Positions 29,293 through 39,387 of a DNA stretch of 64,000 bases are shown here, piece after piece. Made by a program: the position numbers and the translations under genes. Each line of letters starts with the position of its first letter. Within the stretch, counting starts at the first letter, position 1. The stretch is from NCBI GenBank assembly GCA_963668175.1, contig OY764159.1:3296001-3360000 (forward strand), given 5' to 3'. This DNA is from Syntrophales bacterium. Lineage in GTDB: Bacteria > Desulfobacterota > Syntrophia > Syntrophales > PHBD01. The notes under the pieces are model-generated. The model saw nothing but the letters and a program-made list of their open reading frames with translations. It did not search any database and was not told the origin of the DNA.

Positions 29293-31956
29293 ATGCTCAA
29301 AACCAGGTCCCGTTTTATCCTGCCGGCGTTATTGCTGGCGTTATTGCTTTCCGGTCCCGCAACAGCGGCGGCGGACAACGGCGTCCTTCAGGCGACGCTG
29401 GACAACGGCCTCAGGGTCGTGATCATCCGCAGCGACCTGGCGCCGGTGGTGACGGCGCAGGTCAACTATCTCGTCGGATCGAACGACGCGCCCGAAGGGT
29501 TTCCCGGAATGGCCCATGCGCAGGAGCACATGATGTTCCGGGGCAGTCCGGGTCTTTCCGCCGCCCAGTTTGCCAACATCATGGCCCTCGTCGGGGGCGA
29601 ATTCGACGCCTTCACCACCCAGATCGTGACCCAATACGCCTTCACCGTACCCAGGGAGGACTTCGACGTGGCGCTGAACGTCGAAGCGGCAAGGATGGGC
29701 GGCGTCCTCAACGCCCAGGACCTCTGGGAACAGGAACGGGGGGCCGTCGAACAGGAAGTGGCCCAAAACCTCTCCAATCCCGAATACATCCTCTATTCCC
29801 GGATCATCGCCGAGCTGTTTCACGGCACGCCCTATGCCCTCGATGCCCTAGGCACGCGTCCCTCGCTGCAGAAGACGACAGCCGCCATGCTAAAGACGTT
29901 TTACGGCCGGTGGTACGGGCCGAACAACGCCGTCCTCGTCATCGCCGGCGACGTCGACCCGCCAAAGACGCTGGCCGTCGTGAGAGAACTCTTCGGTCCG
30001 ATCCCCCCTCGGCTCTTGCCTCCCCGTGCCGGGATAAAACTCCGGCCAGCCGCGCCCGCCGCCATCGCGTTCGAGACGGACCTGCCCTATGGGATCGCCG
30101 CCGTGGCCTACCGGCTGCCCGGTTCCGACAGCCCCGATTTCGCCGCCGGCCAGATTCTCCTCGATGTCCTGGACAGCCGCCGGGGCAGTCTTTACGCCCT
30201 GGTTTCCAAGGGAAAGGCCCTCCGAACGAGTTTTGAAGGCGGAACGCTCCCGAAGGCATCCTACGGTTACGCCACCGCCGCCTTCCCTCCGGGCGGAGAC
30301 GGCCGAGCCCTTGTTGCCGAGATCAAGGGCATCGTTGCCGATTATATCAAGAACGGCATCCCCGCCGAACTGGTGGAGGCGGCCAAGAGACGCGAAGCGG
30401 CCGATGCCGAATTCCAGAAGAATTCCGTCGCCGATCTGGCGACGGCCTGGTCCCAGGCGCTCGCCGCCGAGGGCCGGACCTCGCCGCAGGACGATTTGAC
30501 GGCCATGGCCGGAGTGACAGTGGAGGACGTCAACCGCGTTCTCAGGGAATACTTTGTCAACGACACGGCGGTCACCGCCGTGCTCACGCCGGGCCAGTCG
30601 GGCAAGCAGGTCCCCGTCAAGGGATTCGGCGGCAAGGAATCCTTCGCCCCAAGGGAAGTCAAGCCGGTGGCGCTTCCGGAATGGGCCCGGCGCGCCGCCG
30701 AATTACCCGCACTGCCAGCCTCCAGCATCAAGCCCTCCGACATGACACTCGACAACGGCATTCGCCTCATCGTCCAGACCGGGAATGTCAGTTCGGCCGT
30801 CAGCCTTTTCGGCCGGATGAAAAGCCACGCCGATCTCGACGAACCGGAAGGGAAGGAAGGCACGGCGGATATTCTGGAGAGTCTCTTCCCGTACGGCACG
30901 ACATCTCTCGACTTGACGGCCTTTCAAAAGGCGCAGGACGACATCGGAGCGACGATTGCCGCGGGGGCGAATTTTTCCCTCAGGGTATTGTCCCCCGATT
31001 TTGAACGCGGTGTCGAGCTTCTGGCCGAAAACCTGCTCAAACCGGCGCTTCCCGAGGCGGCATTCGCCGTCGTGAAAGAGGAAACGGTGGGTGCCCTCAA
31101 GGGTAAATTGCAGAGTCCGGCCCACCTTTCGCAGCGCGCTCTGCGGGAGTCGCTCTATCCGCGGGACGATCCGTCTCTCCGCCAGGCCCTCCCGGAAACC
31201 GTGAGCAAAATAACGCTCGCAGACGTCAAGGCTTATCATGCCAAGGCCTTCCGTCCCGACATGACGACCATCGTCGTCGTCGGCAACGTGACGCGGGAGC
31301 AGGCCAAAGCCGCCGTGGAGAAATATTTCGGCTCCTGGAAGGCGAAAGGGCCGAAACCGGACACGAGCCTGCCGCCGATTCCGCCAAACAAGGCCTCGGC
31401 GGCGAGAATTGCCGACGCAAGCAAGGTCCAGGACCAGGTGACGCTTGCCGAGACCCTGGGTCTGGCACGAATGCATCCCGACTATTACCGGCTTCAGATC
31501 GCCAACCAGGTCCTCTCGGGCGCATTCTATGCATCGCGTCTCTATCAAGATTTGCGGGAAAAAGCAGGGCTGGTCTATTCGGTGGACTCGTTTATCGAAG
31601 CGAAGCACGACCGGTCGTTCTTCGGCATCACCTTTGCCTGCGACCCCGAAAATGTGGCCCGCGCAGGAGCGATGGTGGGAGCCAACATCCGTGCCATGCA
31701 GAAAGAAAATCTTTCGGCTGGCGAATTACATCTGGCCAAGACGCAACTCGTCAAACAGATACCGCTATCCGAATCCGGCACCGACCGCATCGCCGAAGGG
31801 CTGCTCGCCCGCGCCTCGGAAGACCTGCCGCTCGACGAACCCCTCCTCGCCGCTGCATATTACCGGGACGCCACGGCCGACGAGGTCCGGGAAGCCTTCG
31901 CCCGCTGGATTCGCCCGGACGACTTCGTCCAGGTGACTGTCGGCCCGGATCGATGA
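29293..31956 (+). CDS. M16 (pitrilysin) family zinc peptidase, secreted
   Basis: TLDNGL, inverted zinc motif HAQEH, ERGAVEQE, second TLDNGI repeat, LREKAGLVY. Confidence 0.9.
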   Translation: MLKTRSRFILPALLLALLLSGPATAAADNGVLQATLDNGLRVVIIRSDLAPVVTAQVNYLVGSNDAPEGFPGMAHAQEHMMFRGSPGLSAAQFANIMALVGGEFDAFTTQIVTQYAFTVPREDFDVALNVEAARMGGVLNAQDLWEQERGAVEQEVAQNLSNPEYILYSRIIAELFHGTPYALDALGTRPSLQKTTAAMLKTFYGRWYGPNNAVLVIAGDVDPPKTLAVVRELFGPIPPRLLPPRAGIKLRPAAPAAIAFETDLPYGIAAVAYRLPGSDSPDFAAGQILLDVLDSRRGSLYALVSKGKALRTSFEGGTLPKASYGYATAAFPPGGDGRALVAEIKGIVADYIKNGIPAELVEAAKRREAADAEFQKNSVADLATAWSQALAAEGRTSPQDDLTAMAGVTVEDVNRVLREYFVNDTAVTAVLTPGQSGKQVPVKGFGGKESFAPREVKPVALPEWARRAAELPALPASSIKPSDMTLDNGIRLIVQTGNVSSAVSLFGRMKSHADLDEPEGKEGTADILESLFPYGTTSLDLTAFQKAQDDIGATIAAGANFSLRVLSPDFERGVELLAENLLKPALPEAAFAVVKEETVGALKGKLQSPAHLSQRALRESLYPRDDPSLRQALPETVSKITLADVKAYHAKAFRPDMTTIVVVGNVTREQAKAAVEKYFGSWKAKGPKPDTSLPPIPPNKASAARIADASKVQDQVTLAETLGLARMHPDYYRLQIANQVLSGAFYASRLYQDLREKAGLVYSVDSFIEAKHDRSFFGITFACDPENVARAGAMVGANIRAMQKENLSAGELHLAKTQLVKQIPLSESGTDRIAEGLLARASEDLPLDEPLLAAAYYRDATADEVREAFARWIRPDDFVQVTVGPDR

Positions 31957-31993
31957 GTACGGGTTGGAAGAGGCCTCCGGCCGTCGTGACGGT

Positions 31994-32413
31994 TTAACCG
32001 CCCGCCGCAAGCCGGACCTTTTGTCCTTCGATCAGGACGGTCGTCTTCGAATACGTGTCCTTGCGAATGATCTTGCCCGCCTTCAGATGCATCACGTCCA
32101 CGCCGCGCCGCCGTTCGGGCTTGCCCCGGTGGCCTTGTTCGCCCGACGGCCAGTCGAGGGTCCATTGAAACAGGACCTTCCGGGCATCTTCATCGACGAA
32201 GAGGTCTTCCGTCGTAAACCGGAAGCCGCCGTGATTCTCGAACCAGGGCACCCAGGCCTGCCGCAGGGCTTCCTTTCCCTTCACGGCGCCGCCGGTCCAG
32301 TTTTCAAAGACGGCGTCATCGTGAAAGAGTTCCATTACGGCGTCGAGATCGTGCGCGTTCCACGCCTCGTTCCAGCGGGCCATCACCTCTCTGATTTCTT
32401 TTGCTGTCGACAT
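31994..32413 (-). CDS. SnoaL/NTF2-like protein
   Basis: AWNAHDLDAVMELFHDDAVF, GKEALR, GVDV..GKI. Confidence 0.85.
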   Translation of the reverse strand: MSTAKEIREVMARWNEAWNAHDLDAVMELFHDDAVFENWTGGAVKGKEALRQAWVPWFENHGGFRFTTEDLFVDEDARKVLFQWTLDWPSGEQGHRGKPERRRGVDVMHLKAGKIIRKDTYSKTTVLIEGQKVRLAAGG

Positions 32414-32476
32414 CGCTCCATTTCCTTTCGTATTCGCCCGGCGATACGGCCGGCATTTCCAGTCGGCGTTCCGGGC

Positions 32477-33931
32477 CTAAGGTTTTGCGTTTTCACCCGC
32501 CGCTGCGAGATATTCCTGTATGGCATCGATCCTCGCGGCCAGTGCAGCATCAAGTGCAGAGCGCTCCCGGACCATGGCGGCGAAGGAAGCGGGCACCGTC
32601 CCCGAAAGAAGCTCGTCGATACAACCAAGCTCGCGGTAGGCCCTCTGCTCGGCAAAATATCTGTCGCCGCCGTGCAGGAGTTCCGCCATCGCCCGGGCGA
32701 CGTTGCAGAGGCGAAGGACGCAGTCCATTTCGATGCCATGATAGGACCGGAAAAAGTAAATGCCATCTTCTTCGCGGAACATGCCGTCCCGTTTCAGTTC
32801 CTCCTGGATCGGGGTCCCCGGGTAGGGGATCAGGGCCTCGGCATAGACGATCTCGGCCCCCATTTCGAAGACACGCCGGGCCAGGCCGATAGTCTCCTTC
32901 ATCGTCGCAATCGAATCCCTGGGGCCGAAGAGGATGAAATTGACCACGGGGGTCAGGTTCTGCTCAATGCAATAGGCCACGCCGGCTGCGATATCTTCCG
33001 GCGTTGCGTCCTTGCGGTAGTAGTCGAGGATTTCGGCCGAACCCGATTCGGCGCCGATATAGAGGGACCGGAAGCCTGCGTCGCTCATGACCGACGCCAT
33101 GATCGGATTCCGGCAGATGTCGTCGATGCGGCCTTCCGCGTAGAAATCGACTTTGCCCGCAAGCCCCAGGCGTTCGATGCCGCCGCAGATCTCCTTCACG
33201 CGTTTCATACTCGTGGTGAAATTGTCGTCCGTGAACATGATCCGCCGCGCGCCGCTTCCGGCAAGTACTTCGATGTCCCGCGCAATAGCTCCGGCGCTCC
33301 TCGCACGGACCGTCCGGCCGTATTGGGATTGGATCGAACAGAAGGTGCAGCGGTGATAACAGCCCCGGCTTCCCGAGATGCTCCGCGTCCGGTAGCGGAC
33401 GGGGTCGACGAGGCCGTAGGCAGCACCGGGCAATTCGTCCAGGTTGCCGATCAAGGCCCGGTCCTCGTTCCGGACGACGGCCCCGTTTGCCCGGTATGTC
33501 ACCCCCGCAACGGCCGAAAACGACTGCCCGGAATCGACAGCGCAGACCAGCTCACCGAAGGTCTCCTCCCCTTCGCCCCGGACGCAGACATCCACCTCCG
33601 GATGCACGGCGAGGATATCTTCCGACCGCACGGTGGCGTGGACGCCGCCCATGACGGTAACGACGGCCGGGTCGAACGCCTTGGCGGCGGCGCAGACCTT
33701 ACGCGCCGACGGAAAACTGTGGGACATGGCCGTAACGCCCACGATCCGCGGTTTCACCTTCCGGATCGCGGCGGCCAGTTCCGCCTGCCCTTCTTCGTCG
33801 GAGAGGCAGTCGAGATCGAGGATGTGGATGCCGAGGCCACCTTCGAGGAGCGGAGCAGCCAGGCATTCCAGGCTCAGGGGCGGAATCTCCGCCCGGCCGT
33901 TATAGCGGGGATTGACGAGGAGCAGATTCAT
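32477..33931 (-). CDS. B12-binding radical SAM protein
   Basis: PPLSL, VMGGVHAT, GEGE, SRGCYHRCTFC, FTDDNF, IGAESG, PYPGTP. Confidence 0.9.
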   Translation of the reverse strand: MNLLLVNPRYNGRAEIPPLSLECLAAPLLEGGLGIHILDLDCLSDEEGQAELAAAIRKVKPRIVGVTAMSHSFPSARKVCAAAKAFDPAVVTVMGGVHATVRSEDILAVHPEVDVCVRGEGEETFGELVCAVDSGQSFSAVAGVTYRANGAVVRNEDRALIGNLDELPGAAYGLVDPVRYRTRSISGSRGCYHRCTFCSIQSQYGRTVRARSAGAIARDIEVLAGSGARRIMFTDDNFTTSMKRVKEICGGIERLGLAGKVDFYAEGRIDDICRNPIMASVMSDAGFRSLYIGAESGSAEILDYYRKDATPEDIAAGVAYCIEQNLTPVVNFILFGPRDSIATMKETIGLARRVFEMGAEIVYAEALIPYPGTPIQEELKRDGMFREEDGIYFFRSYHGIEMDCVLRLCNVARAMAELLHGGDRYFAEQRAYRELGCIDELLSGTVPASFAAMVRERSALDAALAARIDAIQEYLAAAGENAKP

Positions 33932-34149
33932 GGCGTTCCCAAGTGTCGGTCATCGTCCGTGTCGATCGCGGTCATCGCATCCGCTGGTGCTCACACAGGA
34001 TATCCGGGACGATCTATACACCATTCCGGAACGGATTGCCCCAAGAAATTGCCCCCAGCCGACTGAAACAGCCTGCCTGGAACAGAGCCCCCCTTCCTCG
34101 GCATCCCGTGTGCCGGGTTCAGCCGTTAAACATTTTCGCCGTCGCACCG

Positions 34150-34839
34150 TCAACAGCCGAGCAAGGCGGGCAATTCCGTCAGGGATGCTATTTCCGCATC
34201 CGGCTGCGCGGGCAGGCGTTCCCGGCGCTGCCCGAACCGGTTGATCCAGACGACGCGCAGGCCGGCGTTCGCGGCTCCCACGGCGTCCCAGGCATTGGCG
34301 GAGAGAAAGACGATCTCCCTACCCTGAAGTCCGAGGTCATCCTCGGCCAGACGGTAGACGCGGGGATCGGGCTTGTAGACGCCGACCTGTTCGACCGATA
34401 TCGCCGCCTCGATCAGATCGGACAGTTTGCTGCTCTTCACCGCCGCTTCGAGCATGGCGGGCGATCCGTTCGACAGGATGACGAGCCGGAGGCCCCCGGT
34501 TTTTAAAATACGAAGCGTCTCCGCAACGTCGGGGTAAGGGGCCAGGCTGAGATAGGCGCCGATGAGACTGTCGCGCAACTTCCGGTCGGCAATGCCGAAG
34601 GCGTCCAGGGCGTAATCGAGGGCGTCGCCGGTGACGTGCCAGAAATCCTCATGACGTCTCATGAGGCTTCGCAGCCAGGTGTATTCGAGCTGCTTCGTCC
34701 TCCATAAGGCCGAGACCTGATCGGATTTGCCGCCGATCGCCTCCCGGAATTTTCCCACGGCGGAATTGAAATCGAAGAGCGTCCCGTAGGCATCGAAGAC
34801 ACAGGCCTTGACGCCCTCAAATACCGGTTGCCGAACCAT
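34150..34839 (-). CDS. Haloacid dehalogenase type II
   Basis: FDAYGTLFD, WRTKQLEY, LSNG, YKPDPRVY, SANAWD, WINR. Confidence 0.9.
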   Translation of the reverse strand: MVRQPVFEGVKACVFDAYGTLFDFNSAVGKFREAIGGKSDQVSALWRTKQLEYTWLRSLMRRHEDFWHVTGDALDYALDAFGIADRKLRDSLIGAYLSLAPYPDVAETLRILKTGGLRLVILSNGSPAMLEAAVKSSKLSDLIEAAISVEQVGVYKPDPRVYRLAEDDLGLQGREIVFLSANAWDAVGAANAGLRVVWINRFGQRRERLPAQPDAEIASLTELPALLGC

Positions 34840-34880
34840 AACAACCTCCCTTCTTTTTCAGACTTCAAGCGAATCCGTTA

Positions 34881-35450
34881 TCAGTCGGACAACCATTGCA
34901 CCCGGCCCTCCTGACGGGGAGGGGCTTTGGGCGCCTCATCCGGATAGCCGATGGGGATCAGGGTGACGAGTTTGCGGTCGGTCATCCCCATGAGTTCATT
35001 GATTTCCTTTTCCATATAGAAAACGGCGGCGTCGGCCCAGACGGCACCCAGACCCGCATCGTGTGCGGCGAGAAGGAGATTCTGGACGGCCAGGGAAACG
35101 CTGTGCGGGTCCGCTTCGCCGGAAGGGAAATAGCCGCCGTAGGCCAGGACGATGATGGGAGCGTTGCCGTAAGTTTCAAAAAACCGTTTGGAATTTTCCA
35201 GGACTTTGGGCTTGTCGGGAAAATTTTTCTCCAGAATGGGCCTGAAATATTCAAATGCCCCGGCCGTAATTTTCAAAAGGGCCGCCTTCTTTGCACCCTC
35301 CACGACGATGAACCGCCAGTCCTGCTTGTTCATGGCCGACGGCGCCCACAGGGCCAGATCCAGGATCTTTTCAACGACATCCCGGGGAATGGGATCGGAT
35401 TTGAAACGCCTGACGCTCCGCCTTCCTCTGATCGCTTCTGCAAGTTCCAT
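34881..35450 (-). CDS. Nitroreductase family protein
   Basis: RRSVRRF, APSAMNKQDW, QNLLLAAH..GLG, IGYP. Confidence 0.9.
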   Translation of the reverse strand: MELAEAIRGRRSVRRFKSDPIPRDVVEKILDLALWAPSAMNKQDWRFIVVEGAKKAALLKITAGAFEYFRPILEKNFPDKPKVLENSKRFFETYGNAPIIVLAYGGYFPSGEADPHSVSLAVQNLLLAAHDAGLGAVWADAAVFYMEKEINELMGMTDRKLVTLIPIGYPDEAPKAPPRQEGRVQWLSD

Positions 35451-35538
35451 AGACGACCTCCTTTTCGGATTGTATGTAAGGCGATTGTTTTCGCCTTCTT
35501 CACCACTTCTCGGATGTTTTCGCCTGTTATTACCGAAG

Positions 35539-36123
35539 CTATTCCGCCGTATTCGCGCGGAGGCGGTGGGCCCGGACCTTCTCCCTGTTGCCGCAGATGG
35601 ACATGGCGCACCACCGGCGGCGGTTGGCCGGAGAGTGATCGAGAAAGAGCATCCGGCAGCCGTCGTTCTCGCACATTTTCAGCCGCTCCCGCCCCGCTTC
35701 GCCTAAAACGGCGACAGCGTCGCGGGCAACTGCCGCCAGCATTGCCCTTGCCGGATCGGCGCTTTCCCACCGGACCTGGAAAGACGCGACGTCGAACTGC
35801 GGTACGGCGAGGCCGCATGCGGCGGCCGCGTTGATGCGGTCAATGTCGTCTTTGTCCGGCGATTTCTCCATTATAAAGGCGCGAAGGGTTCTGTAGATCG
35901 CTTCCCGCAGGAGTAGCGCTTCGTCGTGTTCCTGATGGGTCGTAATGACGGCCGGCATCCCGCAGCCGGCAAGCCGGAACCAGTCGTCAAGGGCTGAGGG
36001 CGTCGCAAGGAGATCCCGCGGTTTGGCGCCGCGATGGCGGACCGTCGCCACGAAATTGAGGGCCAGGCTGCCCGCATCGAATCGGAATCGGCTGTATTTA
36101 GGGTGGGGAGATTTAAACGCCAT
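35539..36123 (-). CDS. ABATE/CGNR zinc-finger protein
   Basis: LALNFVAT; CENDGC..FLD..RRWCAMSICGNR. Confidence 0.92.
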   Translation of the reverse strand: MAFKSPHPKYSRFRFDAGSLALNFVATVRHRGAKPRDLLATPSALDDWFRLAGCGMPAVITTHQEHDEALLLREAIYRTLRAFIMEKSPDKDDIDRINAAAACGLAVPQFDVASFQVRWESADPARAMLAAVARDAVAVLGEAGRERLKMCENDGCRMLFLDHSPANRRRWCAMSICGNREKVRAHRLRANTAE

Positions 36124-36131
36124 TGGAACGG

Positions 36132-36173
36132 CCCTTTGTAACCAGTTTATATGGTTACAAAGGGGTTTGTCAA
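36132..36173 (-). promoter_or_regulatory. 13-bp inverted repeat (operator) overlapping the CGNR gene promoter
   Basis: CCCTTTGTAACCA-N7-TGGTTACAAAGGG at 36132-36164; minus-strand TTGACA at 36173-36168. Confidence 0.7.
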
Positions 36174-36195
36174 GGATAATCTTTTCAGGATTCCC

Positions 36196-36792
36196 TCATT
36201 TCAGCAGGCGCCTCATGGCATAGTTGTAAGACGCGATCTGCCAGGCCATCAGGATCAGGATGATCGAAGAGCTGGATATGGGAAGCCCCTTGTAGTTGAA
36301 GATATACTGCCTGGCTCCGGTATCCGGCCGCTCCGCCGTGCCGTTTTTGAGAACATCAAACCCCACGCCCAGCGTGACCATCCCGGTTTTGCCCGCAACG
36401 GCCTTCTCCGGCGGCAGGCGGTAAACGGAAACCTGGATGCTGTTCAGGCAAAAGAGGAGCACAAGAAGCGCCAGCGTCGTGAGCAAGGTCGCCCGGGCCG
36501 CCTTTCCGGTCAGGTGGGCTTCCCTCTCGTCCCGTTCCCGGATCACGGTGATTTTCGCTATGACCTGCTCCCGGAACGGCCCGGAAGCGAGCAGTCTGAC
36601 GCTCAGATAAACGGCAAGCGCGAGCCATAACGCCACGGCGAACCCGAAGAAACCGCTGCTTAAGAACCCGGCATGCGGAACATCGCGGTCCACGGCGCCC
36701 GCGGCATAGAAATTGGCATAAACAGCCAGGACAACAAAAACAGGTAAGCCGTATAAGAACACCTTCAGCAAGATAGAATCGAACTTCTTCAT
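36196..36792 (-). CDS. Membrane protein with DERE motif (DUF2178-like)
   Basis: Four hydrophobic segments; RERDERE..GKA; overlaps the XRE gene by 4 nt. Confidence 0.65.
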   Translation of the reverse strand: MKKFDSILLKVFLYGLPVFVVLAVYANFYAAGAVDRDVPHAGFLSSGFFGFAVALWLALAVYLSVRLLASGPFREQVIAKITVIRERDEREAHLTGKAARATLLTTLALLVLLFCLNSIQVSVYRLPPEKAVAGKTGMVTLGVGFDVLKNGTAERPDTGARQYIFNYKGLPISSSSIILILMAWQIASYNYAMRRLLK

Positions 36793-37019
36793 GGCCTCTC
36801 CTCCTCGATGGAAAAAATCGTCTGGATGTCCCTCCCGAAATACCGTGCGATGCGGAAAGCCAGCTCCAAAGAGGGGTTGTAGCCGCCCCCCTCGATGGCT
36901 ACGATCGTGGCCCTGGTCACACCCACCTCTTTCGCCAACTGCTCCTGGGTTAACCGCCTCTCCGCCCGCAGGACATGAAGGCGGTTGACGATTTTAAGCT
37001 GGGGCACGGTTTTCGGCAT
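36789..37019 (-). CDS. XRE-family HTH regulator
   Basis: NRLHVLR..LTQEQLA..GVTRATIVAIE.GYNPSLELAF. Confidence 0.9.
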   Translation of the reverse strand: MPKTVPQLKIVNRLHVLRAERRLTQEQLAKEVGVTRATIVAIEGGGYNPSLELAFRIARYFGRDIQTIFSIEEERP

Positions 37020-37050
37020 GGTTCACATCCTCAATTCAATGGATGGCGGT

Positions 37051-37080
37051 CTTGTATAGTATATTTTACTATATGTCAAG
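37051..37080 (-). promoter_or_regulatory. Palindromic operator upstream of the XRE gene
   Basis: TATAGTA-N5-TACTATA (37055-37073) next to minus-strand TTGACA (37079-37074). Confidence 0.6.
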
Positions 37081-37294
37081 TTTATTTTTCATTGCAGCCG
37101 ATGCTCGTGAATAAGAAAAAGCCCCTCCTGAGAATTATTCCTTTATAATTCAGATGGTTCGTTTCAATAAGTGTATCGATCTCCTCGATTCCTCCGGCAT
37201 TCTCCGTTCGGTGATCGCAACGCGCCGTTACAAAAATGAAAATAGTCCTTGACAATTTGAACACCAAACGCTATTGACTACTCAGGTAGACACT

Positions 37295-38104
37295 ATGCGA
37301 ACCGTTATCGCCAGACTGACAGAAATCGGTTTTTCCGAATACGAGGCCAAGGCCTACGTGTCGCTGCTAAGCCGACAGCCGGCCACGGCTTATGAGATCG
37401 CCAAGGCGTCGGGCGTGCCGACGTCCAAGGTCTACGAGGTCCTCGGCAAGCTTATCGACAAGGGAACCGTCACCATCATCGACGAAGGCAGGACCAGGCG
37501 TTACGTCCCCCTGGAGCCGGGCGAGTTCCTCGAAAGGCACCGGAGTGCGACGGAGGCCCTTGTCGCGTCGCTGAAAACCGATCTTTCGTCGTTGAGCGGC
37601 GGAGAGGACGTCTCCTACATATGGAATATCACCGAGTACGACTACCTGCTCGACAAAGGTCGCCGCATGATCAAGAGTGCCGCCGTGACGCTGATGGCCT
37701 CCCTGTGGCGCGAAGAGTTCGCCGCCTGGGAAGACGATCTCCTTGAGGCCGAAAGGCGCGGCGTCAAGGTGGCGGTCGTTCACTTCGGCGAATCGGCCGC
37801 GGCTTCCCTTTCTCACATCTACCCGCACCCCATCGAAGACACGATCTACGAAGAAAAGGGGGGACGGGGCGTGGTCCTGATCGCCGACGATACGGAGGCC
37901 CTCAACGGCACTGTACTTTCCGGAGCCCTGGTCGAAGGTGCATGGAGCACCAATCGGGGCTTCGTAACCCTGGCCGAAGACTATGTTAAGCACGACATCT
38001 ACATTATGAAAATCGTCCGGCGTTTCGACCGGATGCTGACCGAAAGGTTCGGGGCCGGTTATGCGATGCTGCGCGATGTTTTTACAGACGAGGAAAAATC
38101 ATGA
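37295..38104 (+). CDS. TrmB family transcriptional regulator
   Basis: GFSEYEAKAYVSL, EIAKASGVPTSKVYEVL. Confidence 0.88.
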   Translation: MRTVIARLTEIGFSEYEAKAYVSLLSRQPATAYEIAKASGVPTSKVYEVLGKLIDKGTVTIIDEGRTRRYVPLEPGEFLERHRSATEALVASLKTDLSSLSGGEDVSYIWNITEYDYLLDKGRRMIKSAAVTLMASLWREEFAAWEDDLLEAERRGVKVAVVHFGESAAASLSHIYPHPIEDTIYEEKGGRGVVLIADDTEALNGTVLSGALVEGAWSTNRGFVTLAEDYVKHDIYIMKIVRRFDRMLTERFGAGYAMLRDVFTDEEKS

Positions 38105-38997
38105 AAATATATATTGACGGCAAATACTATGGGAAGGAAGAGGCGACCGTCTCGGTTTTCGACCACGGCCTCCTTTACGGCGACGGCGTTTTCGAAGGGA
38201 TCAGGGTCTACGGCGGTAAGGTTTTTAAACTATCCGAGCACGTTGCCCGGCTTTACCGGAGCGCTCAGGCGCTGTTCCTCCAGATACCCATCAACCGGGA
38301 ACAGATGGCCCGTGCCATCGTCGACACAGTCGAGATCAACAAGAAGAGAGACGGCTACATCCGCGTGGTCGTGACACGGGGCGACGGCGCGCTCGGCATC
38401 GACCCGACGTCATGCCCTCGGGCGAAGGTGATCGTCATCGTCGGCGACATCCAACTCTACCCGCCGGCCTACTACGGGGACGGCATCGCCGTCATCACGG
38501 CGGCCTCGCGCCGCATGCCGTCGGACTGCCTCGACCCCCGGGTGAAATCGCTCAATTACCTGAACAACATCATGGCCAAGATGGAGGCGCGCCAGGCGGG
38601 GTGCCTTGAGGCCGTCATGCTGAACAAAGAGGGGTTCGTCGCGGAATGCACGGGCGACAACATCTTTATCGCCAACAGAGGGGAACTCCTCACGCCTGCA
38701 CCCTACCACGGGGCGCTGGACGGCATCACGATGGCAACGGTCCTTGAACTCGCCGCCGAACTCGATGTTCCGTGCCGGCAGACATCGCTTACACGCTACG
38801 ACCTCTATACGGCCGACGAATGCTTTCTCACGGGTTCCGGCGCGGAGATCATACCGGTGACGAGGATCGACGGCAGGATAATCGGCGACGGCAAACCCGG
38901 AACGACGACGAGGAAACTCATCAACGCCTTCCGGGACCTGATCGAAGGCAGGATCACGAGCACTGAAAACCGGCAAAAAGCCGTTTCCGCCGCCTAA
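38101..38997 (+). CDS. ilvE: Branched-chain amino acid aminotransferase (class IV)
   Basis: DHGLLYGDGVFEG, YIR, KSLNY, ECTGDNIF, LDGIT, ADECFLTG. Confidence 0.88.
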   Translation: MKIYIDGKYYGKEEATVSVFDHGLLYGDGVFEGIRVYGGKVFKLSEHVARLYRSAQALFLQIPINREQMARAIVDTVEINKKRDGYIRVVVTRGDGALGIDPTSCPRAKVIVIVGDIQLYPPAYYGDGIAVITAASRRMPSDCLDPRVKSLNYLNNIMAKMEARQAGCLEAVMLNKEGFVAECTGDNIFIANRGELLTPAPYHGALDGITMATVLELAAELDVPCRQTSLTRYDLYTADECFLTGSGAEIIPVTRIDGRIIGDGKPGTTTRKLINAFRDLIEGRITSTENRQKAVSAA

Positions 38998-39001
38998 ACA
39001 A

Positions 39002-39042
39002 TACGGCGGGAAGGAGTGGCAACCACACTCTTTCCCGCCGTA
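39002..39042 (+). terminator. Long hairpin directly after ilvE
   Basis: TACGGCGGGAA / TTCCCGCCGTA plus inner GAGTG/CACTC; the T tract is displaced downstream. Confidence 0.55.
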
Positions 39043-39353
39043 AACGATTCTATTTTTTCATGCTTGCCCTTAATATAAGCTCTCCGCCTCCCCGGCAACA
39101 TCCGCCCTCCCCTCCCTTTGTGCACCACGTAAGTCGGTCATAAAAGAATGGCGATGCAATATACTGCTATTTTGAAAAATTTCGTCTGGATTACAGACCC
39201 TATACTTCTCCATGTAATCGCCTGTATCTCTTTGTTTCATTTGGATTTAATATGGATGTACCAGAGGTACAGGAAGCGACAGCGCTCCATGCCGATCATT
39301 TAACGACACCAACATTATATTAGTATCATATTGAAATATATTAAAAAAACATC

Positions 39354-39381
39354 TTGACAATCTTGTGCATGCTGTTATGAT
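39354..39381 (+). promoter_or_regulatory. Strong sigma70 promoter
   Basis: TTGACA-N16-TATGAT, extended -10 TG, AT-rich upstream element. Confidence 0.7.
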
Positions 39382-39387
39382 TTACTC

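Noticed and set aside
31964..34066. 700-aa plus-strand ORF
   Set aside because: Antisense shadow of the SnoaL and radical SAM genes; no motifs; expected in GC-rich DNA
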